Counted from the first letter of the stretch, positions 19,350-30,319 are shown. The stretch: DNA of 64,000 nt from an uncultured delta proteobacterium (GCA_963790475.1 CAWBOS010000010.1:992001-1056000); one strand, 5' to 3'. Program-made: numbers and translations. Notes: generated by a model not told the origin, from the sequence alone.

Positions 19350-22151
19350 TCATCCTACGGACTCTGACATCAGCAGCGCCACGGGGAAATGCTGAAAGAT
19401 CTCACCAGCCCACAGAGTTTGGTCACCCGAAAGAACCTGGCCGGTCAACATATTGCGCCAGAGCGACGGAGCCGGTTCACGCAGTATCACCCTTGTGTCC
19501 TGCCATACCTCCGGACCGAGAGGTAGCCCCCCATACCCAACTAAGACAGTGAGGAACCTCGGAACTACAGTCACGGACCACGCTGAAGCGTCGCGTCTGG
19601 CAAAGGCAATGAGATGTTTCCTGAATCGCCCCGCGACGGCCAGAGGGTTATAAGCGCCCTTTTGGAAGATGTTTGCGCTTGCCTTGCGCGCGTTGAGCGC
19701 TTGAACGATAAGAAAGAGCTTCACTCTCCCGTCCTCTTTCAACGTCAGAAGCTCTTGGATCAATTCCAGGACGTCGGTCTCAATTCTACGACGAATCTCC
19801 CGGAGGTGCTGGACCCGCAGTCCGAAATCTACTGGTCGTCGGTTATCCGGATCTACAAAATTGAGATCCCACAGCTCGGCACCTTGGTAGAAACCCGGCA
19901 CCCCCGGTGCAGTAATCTTGAGCAGGGTCTGCGAGAGCGAATTGAAGACGCCGTAGTGGGCAACTTTGACCTGGAATGGCTTCAATTCCTGAAGAAAGGC
20001 ATTCGATTCCTCCGGAAGCAAAATGCTTTCCACGAATGAAACGTAGGCATCCTCGTATTCCAGGTCCGGCTGGAGCCAAGCCGTATGCACCTTGGCCTCC
20101 CGCACGGCTTTAACAACGTAGGTCTTAATCCGTTCCAGGAATTGCGGATACTCCGTCTCTTGAAAAGGCCAGGCTCCAATCAGGGTCTGATAAAGGAAGT
20201 ATTCGTCGTTCGCATCCGGAACCAGCATACCCCGGACTCGCTTCTTCTTGGTCTTGTTGAGTCGACTCCACGAACGGACGTTTTTCTTCCATTCTGTCGG
20301 GATTTCCGAAAGGACGTTGATTCTGGCCCTGACGTCTTCTCCCCGCTTTGTATCGTGAGTAGCCGTGGCGCTCAAAGCATGCGGCCACGTTTTGCATCTC
20401 TTGGCATTGAAGGCGTGAAACTGGGATAGGGAACATCCGAATCTGCCGGGATTACTCCCCACCTCATTCAGCGACAGCAGGCGGTTATATACATACAGCA
20501 TGGTATCTTCAAACCCCTTGGCCATCAGTGCCCCTGTGTACTGTTGAAATCTCATTGTAAATTGAATCCAGTGTGCTCTTTCTTCGTCGGAAAGATATCC
20601 GGGAAAGTCTAATAAGAGAAATCTTTCAAGGAAGGCCAATTCGTGCAGCAGACCCGGATTGTCGCTTCGAGCCCTTTCCACCGCTTGCCGTATGATCTGT
20701 TTGTCTTCCTCCGACACAATCGACTGACGGGTATAGGTGCGATAGACCGGAAACCCTGCCAGCAATTCGGTCAAGGCCCTGCCCAGCCCGTAAAGGGTAA
20801 GGTCACTGCCGTAGCGGTCACGACCGGAGATATTCCTTACCCGATAGGCTAAGTTGGCAACATCTCCCGCCATATCGTTTCGAATAATCAAACGCCTTGT
20901 TTGGCGCAGAAGATGTCCGTAGGAACGCTTCGATCCCGTCAGGGTCTCATAGAGGGTAGAGAACTTCTTGGCGTTGGCGCGATCACAGAACAATCCATTG
21001 AGGCAATTGAGGAAATCGTAACCGGTTGTCCCCTGGACAGACCAGTAATTAGGCAAGGTTTCGTCCATCGCCAGAATTTTTTCCACGATTAAGTAGGCCT
21101 GCGGAAGTTTTTCTCTCAGCCGTCGGAGATAGGTGGCAGGATCGTACAGACCATCCACGTGGTCAACTCTCAACCCCGAAAAGATTCCTTTCTCCAACAT
21201 TTCCATAACGAGCCGATGCGTATGATCGAAGACATCCTCATACTCCACTCTCATAGAAATCAAGCCATTGATATTAAAGAACCTCCGGTAGTTTATTTCT
21301 TCAGCTCCAACCTTCCAGAAGGCCAAGCGAAAGAGTTGCCGGCACAGAAGGTCATCTAACAGATTGAAACTCTCAGCCTCTCCTGATATCCCGTTCAATG
21401 TTTGTATGTTCGAATCTACAAACCGCCTTATTTCGCTTTGATTGCTATAAAACTCCCACAACCGGCGTTTGAGGAACCTGATCTGATCTGTGCGCTCTTC
21501 CGACTCGCCACTTGAAGAAATGGTTTTCAGCACGTCCAATAGGCCGACAAATTGGATGAAATCAGGGTGATTTTCACCCAGTCGGGTTTTGAATAAGGCC
21601 AAGTGGTAGCTGAACACTGGTATGTAGGAATCGATTCGGAGTGGGAATTTCCTCTCGAAATAGCAGATACTTAATCCATCGGCGTCATAGGTGAGCCTGA
21701 TCTCTCCATCTTCAAGACACCCACCATAGAATCGACCAAGAAAGGGAGCCAGAAGCCTGCCCTTCATACCCGCATCGGGATGATCCCAGTCTATGTCAAA
21801 GAAATGAAAGAACGGCGAGGCCTCGCCGATTTCCAGGACTTCCCTGAGCATCTGGTTCTCGTAAGAATAGGCCATATGATTGGGGACAATGTCCTGTATC
21901 CATCCCATTTGGCGCCCATGCAAGGCTTCCGAAAGGCGATCGAGATCCGCTCGCGTCCCCAACTCCGAATTGATAGCATTGGGGTCCACCACGTCGTAAC
22001 CGTGAAGACTGCCTTTTCCGGCTTTAAAAATTGGGGAAGCATACAGGTCCGTGATCCCAAGTTCCGCGAGATAGGGTACGATCTCTTCCGCGTCCCGGAA
22101 ACCGAACGCAGGATTGAATTGAATCCGATAGGTCGCGGTTGGCCTATTCAT
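19350..22151 (-). CDS. treY: Malto-oligosyltrehalose synthase (GH13)
   Basis: PTATYRIQF, GSLHGYDVVD, DIVPNHM, INYRRFF, GLRVDHVDGL, VEKIL, ATHDTKRGED, FVDPDNRRPVD. Confidence 0.95.
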   Translation of the reverse strand: MNRPTATYRIQFNPAFGFRDAEEIVPYLAELGITDLYASPIFKAGKGSLHGYDVVDPNAINSELGTRADLDRLSEALHGRQMGWIQDIVPNHMAYSYENQMLREVLEIGEASPFFHFFDIDWDHPDAGMKGRLLAPFLGRFYGGCLEDGEIRLTYDADGLSICYFERKFPLRIDSYIPVFSYHLALFKTRLGENHPDFIQFVGLLDVLKTISSSGESEERTDQIRFLKRRLWEFYSNQSEIRRFVDSNIQTLNGISGEAESFNLLDDLLCRQLFRLAFWKVGAEEINYRRFFNINGLISMRVEYEDVFDHTHRLVMEMLEKGIFSGLRVDHVDGLYDPATYLRRLREKLPQAYLIVEKILAMDETLPNYWSVQGTTGYDFLNCLNGLFCDRANAKKFSTLYETLTGSKRSYGHLLRQTRRLIIRNDMAGDVANLAYRVRNISGRDRYGSDLTLYGLGRALTELLAGFPVYRTYTRQSIVSEEDKQIIRQAVERARSDNPGLLHELAFLERFLLLDFPGYLSDEERAHWIQFTMRFQQYTGALMAKGFEDTMLYVYNRLLSLNEVGSNPGRFGCSLSQFHAFNAKRCKTWPHALSATATHDTKRGEDVRARINVLSEIPTEWKKNVRSWSRLNKTKKKRVRGMLVPDANDEYFLYQTLIGAWPFQETEYPQFLERIKTYVVKAVREAKVHTAWLQPDLEYEDAYVSFVESILLPEESNAFLQELKPFQVKVAHYGVFNSLSQTLLKITAPGVPGFYQGAELWDLNFVDPDNRRPVDFGLRVQHLREIRRRIETDVLELIQELLTLKEDGRVKLFLIVQALNARKASANIFQKGAYNPLAVAGRFRKHLIAFARRDASAWSVTVVPRFLTVLVGYGGLPLGPEVWQDTRVILREPAPSLWRNMLTGQVLSGDQTLWAGEIFQHFPVALLMSESVG

Positions 22152-22169
22152 GAGAGACTTTCCGGGATG

Positions 22170-24626
22170 CTATCCATTTGCCGGTTGGCTGTTTACGGGG
22201 CAGGTGGGCACCCGCAGCAAAAAATTCTCAGCCAGGACCGTGTATTGGCGTAGCCATTCTTGGGCGTCTTGGTCGCCCCGGCCGGCATCCTCCTTGAAGA
22301 TGGGACAATGGGCTTGAAGGATCTTGTAGCAGATGTTTTGGGTTTTCCAGAGATTAATCTCGAAGGGCAAGGTCCGAACCAGTTGGGCCGCCTTATTCAA
22401 CCTCTCCAGACGAGGAAGGTCTAAAGGTTGCTCGAGAAGTTGTTCGGCCAGACTCTCAATGTTGACGGCCAGTAACAAGCCCAGAGCCGTCGCATCCAGA
22501 GTGGCGCCGGCCAAACGGGCTTCTTCCAGAAGAGGTCTGACGACTTCTGAGTCGAGCCCGTCCCCTTGAAGCACCCGGCGCAGCTTGGCATTCAAGCACA
22601 AGTCCGCGGCGACCGACAGGACTTGAGGCCGTGGCGTGCCGGACCCGGTCAGAAAGCGAATCAAGGAAGCATGGTGCTCATAAATCGAGCTATAGGCCGC
22701 TTCAGCCTCTCTCAGAGTCGGCCCCATGATGATGTTCAGGACCTTTCGTCGCTCATCGGCAAACAACGAGAGCAGAGAGTACGTAGACGTCCCAAAGTAT
22801 TTACCCAGCAGAAGTATGGTCTTCGGAAAGTCCGCGCCGGCGAAAGCCGCGGAAATCTCTTGGACCAGGGCTTCATATTTTTGCGCGCCCTGATATTCCC
22901 CGGTGCCGCAGGCGATACTATGATCACCAAGATGCAGAACGCCAAAGCACAGGCTGGAGGATATGCGTGTAACCTCTGAAGTGACCGTGGCCCGCCCGAT
23001 TACCAGCCTTGAGCCTCCGACCTGAAAACTGCGGTAGTCCTCTTGGGTGGCGGAATAGGCATAGATCGAGCTGCGTTCGCCGATGTCATGGAATAGCGAG
23101 CTTAAGGCATAGTGGGCGCCCACGTCTTTCATATCGAGCATGACCGGCCTGACAAATTTCTCATAGATGATCCGACCGTCACGGTGTTCCGGCAGGTTAC
23201 TCTTGGCCCGTTCAAGATGTTCGAGAAAGCCAGGTTCGAAGGAGTCGCTAAAAAGCTGGTCAGCCAATTGCAGAACCCGGCCGGCGTATTTTATGACCTG
23301 AACCGTCTCAATCCCGGAAAGCTCGTCAAAAAACCAACCGCAACTGGTGTACATGAGCATGGCGTTGCGTTGGAGCTCCATAAGCATCAGGACCGTGATC
23401 TCATCCCCGGAGTTTAAAGGGCGAGTTGCGTGGCGGTTCATAAACGTCCTGATTCGCTCGGGTGATCGTTCCACGATGATGTCGATGTAGTCGTCTCGAG
23501 CCGCCCAGGGATCGGTCAGAAACTGTTTGGCCATTTGTTCAAAAGCCGGATTCACGGCATCGCGGAGCCAGTCCAGGGCCGCCCGCAGGGGGGCTCGCCA
23601 GGCCTGGTTCCAACCCGGGTGGCCGCCGCTGTTGCATCCGCAATCGGACCGCCAACGTTCAATGCCGTGCTCGCAGCTCCAGGAGCTGTTTTCAAAGATT
23701 TCCACTTCGTTTGCCGGTGGATGATCCTCCAGGTACCGGCCATAATTCGTCACCTGGGCCAGCCCGTTGGACTCGATGTGATGGAGCGCATGCGCCAGCG
23801 CCATGTCGCCGTAGCGATGATGATGCCCATAGCTTTCGCCATCGGTGGCGATGTGGACGAGGCGAGGAGAGTCGTCGGCGAAGGCGGACAGCAACCGGTT
23901 GGCAAAGGTCTCTCCGTTATTGAGCAATCCTTCAAAAGCCAGAGCCTGGGCAATGGGACCGTCGTAAAAGAACAGGTTCATCACGCGGCCGGACGGCAGC
24001 GACACCCGGTAAGCTATGGCCGGATAGATTTTTCCACCGCTCACGTCCTGCCATTCATTAGCATGAATGGGCCGAACCCGGCTTGCCTGTCTGGGGGCAA
24101 GGATGGCAAAGCCGATGCCGTGTTGGGACATGAGGTCCAGGGTTTCCAGATCAACTGCCGTCTCCGGGAGCCACAACCCTTCCGGCTTGCGTCCAAAGCG
24201 ATATTCAAAATCTTTTATTCCCCAGATAATCTGGGTTTTCTTGTCCCGGCTGTTGGCCAGCGGTAGGATCATGTGATTGTAGGCCTGGGCCAAGGCATTT
24301 CCATGACCGGAGAATTTGTCTAGGCTCTGTCGGTCACCCTCTAGAATGGCCTCATAGGCTTCGGCGGCAAAATTTTGCATCCAGAGCAAGACTGTCGGAC
24401 CGAAGTTGAAGCTTATACTGGCGTAATTATTTACCAGTTGGGCGATTCGTCCTTCCCTGTCCCAAATTCTCGACACGGCGTTGGCCGCGTAGCATTCTGC
24501 GGTAATCCGCTCGTTCCAGTCGTGGTATGGGAACGCCGAATCCTGGATCTCAATGGCCTCCAGCCAGGGGCTTTCCCGGGGAGGCTGATAAAAATGCCCA
24601 TGGATACAAATGAATCGGTTCACCAT
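22170..24626 (-). CDS. GH57 family protein with C-terminal DUF3536-type domain
   Basis: IHGHFYQPPRE, HDWNERI, WLPETAVD, IATDGESYGHH, SWSCEHGIERW, MYTSCGWFFD. Confidence 0.9.
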   Translation of the reverse strand: MVNRFICIHGHFYQPPRESPWLEAIEIQDSAFPYHDWNERITAECYAANAVSRIWDREGRIAQLVNNYASISFNFGPTVLLWMQNFAAEAYEAILEGDRQSLDKFSGHGNALAQAYNHMILPLANSRDKKTQIIWGIKDFEYRFGRKPEGLWLPETAVDLETLDLMSQHGIGFAILAPRQASRVRPIHANEWQDVSGGKIYPAIAYRVSLPSGRVMNLFFYDGPIAQALAFEGLLNNGETFANRLLSAFADDSPRLVHIATDGESYGHHHRYGDMALAHALHHIESNGLAQVTNYGRYLEDHPPANEVEIFENSSWSCEHGIERWRSDCGCNSGGHPGWNQAWRAPLRAALDWLRDAVNPAFEQMAKQFLTDPWAARDDYIDIIVERSPERIRTFMNRHATRPLNSGDEITVLMLMELQRNAMLMYTSCGWFFDELSGIETVQVIKYAGRVLQLADQLFSDSFEPGFLEHLERAKSNLPEHRDGRIIYEKFVRPVMLDMKDVGAHYALSSLFHDIGERSSIYAYSATQEDYRSFQVGGSRLVIGRATVTSEVTRISSSLCFGVLHLGDHSIACGTGEYQGAQKYEALVQEISAAFAGADFPKTILLLGKYFGTSTYSLLSLFADERRKVLNIIMGPTLREAEAAYSSIYEHHASLIRFLTGSGTPRPQVLSVAADLCLNAKLRRVLQGDGLDSEVVRPLLEEARLAGATLDATALGLLLAVNIESLAEQLLEQPLDLPRLERLNKAAQLVRTLPFEINLWKTQNICYKILQAHCPIFKEDAGRGDQDAQEWLRQYTVLAENFLLRVPTCPVNSQPANG

Positions 24627-25164
24627 TTTAGGACTCCTTTTGCAGACTTACAATGAGAAAGGCCTTTTGAGTTAAAGTCACCGAGACTTCTCCATCTGAA
24701 TGCAGCATTGTGGGCAGGTCGCCGCCCGGACCGTTCCATCGTTCATCTCCCGACGATAGGCGTTTCAGCCAGCAACCGTGGGTTAAAGGGATGTGAGGAA
24801 CGCCGCTGCGTCCCCAAAATGAAATATGGCGGCAACCCCTCCTTAAGGATATCCCACCAAAATTATTATAAATGATAAATAATATATTGACAAATATTTT
24901 TTTTGTTTTGGTTCCAATGGCTTGGGGGTCGAATTAGTCCAACCCCCTTAACTATCAAACGTCCCATTTTAGGCCTATGTTTTGCCTTAAACGGTTCTTT
25001 TCGGGGTCTAAATGACCCCCTGTAAGGCGTTGAGCATCTGCCGGGCGGGATTGGATACTGAGTTTCTAAAAAATTTCAGAGATGTGTTAAACCTCCACCT
25101 GATTTCACAGCCTTATCCTTGCGCGTTCCAGACCGCAGATCTTGGGAATTGGGAGAAAAAATTA

Positions 25165-26724
25165 TTATCCCATTTCAGGCTTAAGGATCAGACAGGAGAG
25201 GGGGGGCAGGGTTAAGGATAGGGAATAAGAGTAATCATGGAAAGGGGTCGGCTCGGTCCGGATTAAGCCGGCGTTACCCAAGTTACTGCCTCCATACCAC
25301 TCCGAATCGCTGTTGATGATTTCCCGATAGAAAGGAGCCTCGGGGACCCCGATACGATAACCCAGCCGGGGGACAGGGGTCAGGTTGAGTGCCACCACCA
25401 GCCAGCCTTCCTTGGATCGGCGTACATATGAGACAACCGACTGCTGCCAGTCCTGGCAGTCAATCCAGCGAAAGCCTTCCGGATGGTAATCCCATTGCCA
25501 GAGGGCCGGATCATTCAAGTAAATCCGGCCCAAATCGGCCAGGTAGGTTTGAAAGCCCTGGCGTAAGGGATCGGCCTGCAGGTGCCAGTCCAGACTCTGG
25601 TCATGGTCCCATTCCCGGTCCATGGCCAGTTCGGTGCCCATAAAAAGGAGTTTTTTGCCGGGGTGGGTATACATATAACCCAGGAGTGTCCTGAGATTGG
25701 CAAACTTTTTCCAAGTATCACCCGGCATCTTGGACAATAGAGATCCCTTGCCGTGCACCACCTCATCATGGGAAAGGGGCATGATAAAATTTTCCGTGTA
25801 TTCATAAAGCATGGAGAAGGTCAAATCATTGTGATGGGAACTCCGATGTATCGGATCCTTGGAAAAATAGAGGAGGGTGTCATTCATCCAGCCCATATTC
25901 CATTTGAAGGGGGCTATCTCCCGATAGGTCAGGGGGCGATAGCCCTCTTCCGGTATTCTGCGAAACGAGCCCAGATGACATTCATAAGTGGCCATAGGGG
26001 CATTTCGCAGATTAACTCTGGAACGGTTTTCTATCCAGGCTCCATCATTCCATTGATAGGTTGAAAGATCCCAGACCCGGGCACAGGCCCCCGGAGGATG
26101 TTCCATGGAAAAGGCCATGGGATCGGTTTTGATGCGAAGGTGACCGTCCTGCGTCTTAATCTCGAACTTATAAAGAATTCCCGGACCAAGATTAGGCACA
26201 AAAAGCTCCCAGATTCCCGAACTGCCCATAGCCCGCATGGGAAAGAGCCGGCCATCCCAGCGATTAAATTCTCCCAGGAGGCTGACCCGTTTGGCATTGG
26301 GAGCCCAGATGGAGAAGGAAACCCCGGAGACGCCCTCGATGGTTTTAAGATGAGCCCCAAGGTGCTCATAAAGTTTAAGGTGATTGCCTTCATTAAAAAG
26401 GTAAAGATCCATACCCCCCAGGGTGGGAAGAAAACGGTATGGATCCTCGGTCTCCCAAAGGTTTTCATCCGGGAAGGAGAAACGGAGACGATAGGGGAAA
26501 GGCCAGGGCTCTCCTTGTAGGTGGACTTCAAATATCCCACCGGGATGAATGAGGGGCATATCCAGAAATTGCCCCCCTGTTAATAGAGTAGCAGTGGAAG
26601 CACCCGGATGAAAGGCCCGAATAACCACCCCATTGATATCCCCCTGGTGATAGGGATGGCCCCCCAGGAGGTGATGAGGGTCGGAGTGCTCTCCCTTAAC
26701 TAAGGCATCCATTTCGGCTCTCAT
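25165..26724 (-). pseudogene. glgB: 1,4-alpha-glucan branching enzyme GlgB with an in-frame internal deletion
   Basis: GlgB N-terminus (WAPNA, YECHLGS) is joined directly to FKWNMGWMND and SHDEVVHGKGSL; HVELLP, DWVPAHF, RVDAVASM and AEES segments are absent; 519 aa. Confidence 0.85.
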
Positions 26725-26774
26725 AATATTTCCCAGATGATGACCTTAAAAACGTTTACTTCCTCTCAACCCTT

Positions 26775-29063
26775 TTAATCTTTATTCCTCACACCTCTGC
26801 CCGATTGTTTTATTAAATCCCGATATAGCCTGGCCGCTTTTTGGGCTTCGGGATGGTCCCGCAATTCCTCCAGGGAATAGCGCATCTTTCTCGACCAGTT
26901 GGGATATTCGGTGATAGTTCCAGGCAGATTGAGCTGCTCTTTTTCTCTAAAAAGATCTTCCTGATTTAACACCGCCAACTTGGCCTGGGTGGAAACCAGG
27001 AAGGACAAAACGGCCCGGTGGAGTCCTTCGGTTAAAACCGGTTCCTCCTGGGCATGGAGGTTGAGGGCTTCCTCTTGGGATAGATATCCCAGATTTTGAA
27101 GTCGGTCGACCATTCTTCGCTTTTCATGGATCCGATTAATCATGGCGTGTTGAAATTGTCCTTCATTCAGAAAAAGACCCAATTCTCTTCGAACAACGAT
27201 ATCCTTCATACTCCAGAATCCGGCCAGCGGAGGGAGGTCATGGGTGCTTATCGAGGCCAGGGCCAATTCAGGATAGGTTTTCGGCGACTTTAAATTTCCG
27301 TCTTCCTCTTTTTCAAAGTAAAGCAATCGATACGAAAAAATCCCAAATTTTTGAAGACTCTCTCTCAAATGGTCCGGAAGGGTCCCCAGGTCTTCGCCGA
27401 TGATGAGGGTTTTATTTCGAACACTTTCCAGAGCCAAAATTTGAATCAATTCATCAAAGGGATATTTTACATAAGCCCCTTCTTCCGGAGACCGGCCTTC
27501 CAATATCCAAAAGAGGCGGGCCAGTTTCAAAATATGATCGATCCGCAAGGCCCCCCCGGGAAAACTGTTTTTCCGAATCTCCAAAGCAAAGAAGTTATAT
27601 CTTTCTTGACGATATTTTCTCACATCAGGGGGACAAAATCCCCAATCCTGCCCTTTTGGTGAAAAATCATCGGGCGGTGCCCCGGCTCTGAAGTCAGGGA
27701 CATTACAATCCCGCCAGGCCCAGGAATCGGCCTCCCGCGGATCAATGCCCAATGCCAGGTCATGATAAAGCCCGATCTCCGCCCCTGTTTTTATGGCTAG
27801 CTCTTGCACTTCAATCAGTTGTACCTCCACCTGCCATTGAAGATACTTATGGAACAAAACCTTCTGCCAGTGCTCTTTTCGAAAGGCTTGGACTTCAAAA
27901 GAATCAGGATTTTGAAAAGGGAGCGGCCATTGACTCCAGTTATAGAGCGTCGGGGCTTCACTCTGAAAATGGTCTTCCAAGGCGCAATAAACCGCAAAGC
28001 GATCTAACAAATCCCCTTCTCGATCGACATAAGCCATAAATTCTTTTTGACGCCGCGTCTCTTGTCCGGCCGCCTTCCAATGGTGTTCCAAAAAAGTTGG
28101 AAAGATTTTTTCCAATATCTTCCGCTTCAGTCTATCCACTTTTTCGAACTCAACTTTTTCAGAGCTCCTTAGTTCAGTTAGCAATATCCGGGTCTCCTTT
28201 GCCGCCACTATTTCCCTCGCCTCAAAGGAATGGTTATATTCTTCCATTTCGGGAATATGCAAATAAATTGGGTTCCGATAAAAACGGCTGGAGGGATAAT
28301 AGGGGCTGATATTATAGGGCTCTTTATTGGTAAGAGCATGTAAAGGCAGGAGGCCAATAACATCTACCTGCATGGATTCGATCGCCCAGCGGACCAGCTC
28401 CTTCAGGTCGTTAAAATCCCCTACCCCCCAATTGTTTCCTGAACGAAGGCCAGCTAAGGAAATCATCAGTCCGGCCCTCCGGCCGTTTCCCTTAAACACC
28501 GGGGGAAGATAGCACTGCTCTGGACAAACGATCAGGTTAATGGATTGTTCAAACCGACGGCCGGCTTGGCGTAAGATAAATAAAATATGATGATAACCTA
28601 AGGGCGATCCTTCGGGGAAAGACAGGCTGCCTCTCAAATAAAGGACCCCCTCGACCTCGGCGGCTTCTTTGAACTTAAGTTGCGGATGAGAAAAATAATC
28701 CATCTTTCTGTGGCCGTCTTCCTCTTCGATGGTTAATTCAACTTGGGTATCTTCAGGCAGCCGGTCCCGACTCATTCCAGGGGCTGCCGGGAACTGAAAG
28801 ACAAGTTCTTCTGGCAGGGCACTGATAGAGACGATTCGGATGGGTTCGGTCAGTGATTTCCACTCCTTATTTTCCTCGGCTTGGACTGCTTTTTTCAACT
28901 CCTCTATATTCTCCACCCCACATCCCATGGCCGATAAAATTCTCTTCTTGGTCTCCAGGGGAATGGGGTGAAGGTTTCCCCAATTATCCCGAAATTCCGG
29001 CTCAATACCTTTTCGTTTGGCTAACTGGTCCAATAAATTACAGTATTCTTCATGGTCAGTCAT
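26775..29063 (-). CDS. malQ: 4-alpha-glucanotransferase (amylomaltase, GH77)
   Basis: WGVGDF, SPYYPSSR, DLALG, GAPPDDF..GQDWG, RIDH, GEDLG, STHD, NLPGT..YPNW. Confidence 0.95.
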   Translation of the reverse strand: MTDHEEYCNLLDQLAKRKGIEPEFRDNWGNLHPIPLETKKRILSAMGCGVENIEELKKAVQAEENKEWKSLTEPIRIVSISALPEELVFQFPAAPGMSRDRLPEDTQVELTIEEEDGHRKMDYFSHPQLKFKEAAEVEGVLYLRGSLSFPEGSPLGYHHILFILRQAGRRFEQSINLIVCPEQCYLPPVFKGNGRRAGLMISLAGLRSGNNWGVGDFNDLKELVRWAIESMQVDVIGLLPLHALTNKEPYNISPYYPSSRFYRNPIYLHIPEMEEYNHSFEAREIVAAKETRILLTELRSSEKVEFEKVDRLKRKILEKIFPTFLEHHWKAAGQETRRQKEFMAYVDREGDLLDRFAVYCALEDHFQSEAPTLYNWSQWPLPFQNPDSFEVQAFRKEHWQKVLFHKYLQWQVEVQLIEVQELAIKTGAEIGLYHDLALGIDPREADSWAWRDCNVPDFRAGAPPDDFSPKGQDWGFCPPDVRKYRQERYNFFALEIRKNSFPGGALRIDHILKLARLFWILEGRSPEEGAYVKYPFDELIQILALESVRNKTLIIGEDLGTLPDHLRESLQKFGIFSYRLLYFEKEEDGNLKSPKTYPELALASISTHDLPPLAGFWSMKDIVVRRELGLFLNEGQFQHAMINRIHEKRRMVDRLQNLGYLSQEEALNLHAQEEPVLTEGLHRAVLSFLVSTQAKLAVLNQEDLFREKEQLNLPGTITEYPNWSRKMRYSLEELRDHPEAQKAARLYRDLIKQSGRGVRNKD

Positions 29064-29251
29064 TGAATAAGAATTACCTTTCCCTGTTCACTTATCCGGA
29101 CATTAAAATCATATCCGCTCTTATGAGTAAGTTGTTTTAACAACTCAATCCCTTGGTTAATGTCATCAACCTCGGAATAACCGCATCCATTCATTTTATC
29201 AGATGCCAGTCTGGCTAGCCAGTCAGGCAAGCAATTATTGATATTCTTCAA
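29060..29251 (-). other. 63-aa ORF or remnant duplicating the CapA C-terminus; its stop overlaps the malQ start
   Basis: Last 40 aa align without gaps to the last 40 aa of CapA (19 identities by manual count); ATGA overlap with malQ. Confidence 0.6.
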
Positions 29252-29260
29252 GGTCGTTAT

Positions 29261-30319
29261 TCATCTAATTCGGCTTATTCCTCCCTCTTCACTTATTCGG
29301 ACGTTGAAAAGATCCCCGTTTTTATGAGTTAGTTCCCTCAGCAACTGAACCCCTTCTCCCTTACTGTCCGGGGCAGGGATTCCTCCCTGGATCAATTTTA
29401 CGGGGACCAGGTGGCCCTCCAGAAATTCACCGGTTTCCAGATCCAGTTTGATCTTCAAAATACCACTGATCCCGTTAGGCCCCTTAAGATTGAACAGGCC
29501 ATAGGTCAGAAAATTTCCCAGACTGTAGGCAATTAATTTTTTTTTATAAATTTCCATGGCCCTTAAGACGTGGGGCCCATGGCCCAAGACCAGGTCGGCA
29601 CCGGCCTCAATGACCGAGTGTGAAAAAAGCATCACGTTGCCCCGATCCTCGCCCAGAAAAATTTCATTTTGGTTGACGACCTGAAGGGCGTTTTTCCCTT
29701 CGGCTCCTCCATGAAAGGAAACAATCACCAGGTCATGGTCCTCCTTTATTTTTGAAATCATTTCTTTGGCCCGGTCGATTTCCAACAGGGACCAGGAACA
29801 GGGGGATGAATGGAAGGAAAATCCTACCACAGCAATTCTCTTCCCTTTGACGGTCAATTCGGCCAAGGTTTGGCCCCCCGAAGGCTGTATCCCTAAACCA
29901 GTCAACGTCTCCAGGGTGCTTTTGACGCCCTCCACTCCAAAATCCAGGGTATGATTGTTGGCAATATTCATCACCGTAAACCCGGCTTGTTTCAAGTGTA
30001 GGGCGTAACGGGTCGGCATCTTGAATTCAAAACACCAGGGGCTTTTCGTCTCCCGGCACTTACCCGATCCGCCATCGTCCAATAAGGGACCTTCCAGGTT
30101 TCCAAAAGTGATGTCCCCCCCTCTTAAATGGGGGAAAATTCCGGCGAATATATTCTGACCATCATCAGGCGGCAGAATTCCCCTTGAGCCCTGGGACCCC
30201 ATCATAATATCTCCAACAGCAACAATAGACAAAAAATAACCGGCCCAAGCCTTTTGACAAAAATATCCGCTGTTCAGTAAGAAAAAAATAAAAAATAAGG
30301 ATCGGACCGATTTAGGCAT
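29261..30319 (-). CDS. CapA/PGA_cap family metallophosphoesterase-like secreted protein
   Basis: Signal peptide; VGDIM, GNLEG, ANNHTLDFG, SFHGGAEG, GHGPHV, YSLGNF. Confidence 0.9.
   Translation of the reverse strand: MPKSVRSLFFIFFLLNSGYFCQKAWAGYFLSIVAVGDIMMGSQGSRGILPPDDGQNIFAGIFPHLRGGDITFGNLEGPLLDDGGSGKCRETKSPWCFEFKMPTRYALHLKQAGFTVMNIANNHTLDFGVEGVKSTLETLTGLGIQPSGGQTLAELTVKGKRIAVVGFSFHSSPCSWSLLEIDRAKEMISKIKEDHDLVIVSFHGGAEGKNALQVVNQNEIFLGEDRGNVMLFSHSVIEAGADLVLGHGPHVLRAMEIYKKKLIAYSLGNFLTYGLFNLKGPNGISGILKIKLDLETGEFLEGHLVPVKLIQGGIPAPDSKGEGVQLLRELTHKNGDLFNVRISEEGGISRIR

Noticed and set aside
24660-25160. GC-rich intergenic stretch with small hairpins, considered as ncRNA, attC or IS end
   Set aside because: No match to riboswitch, 6S, SRP or attC consensus that I could support, and no terminal inverted repeats identified.
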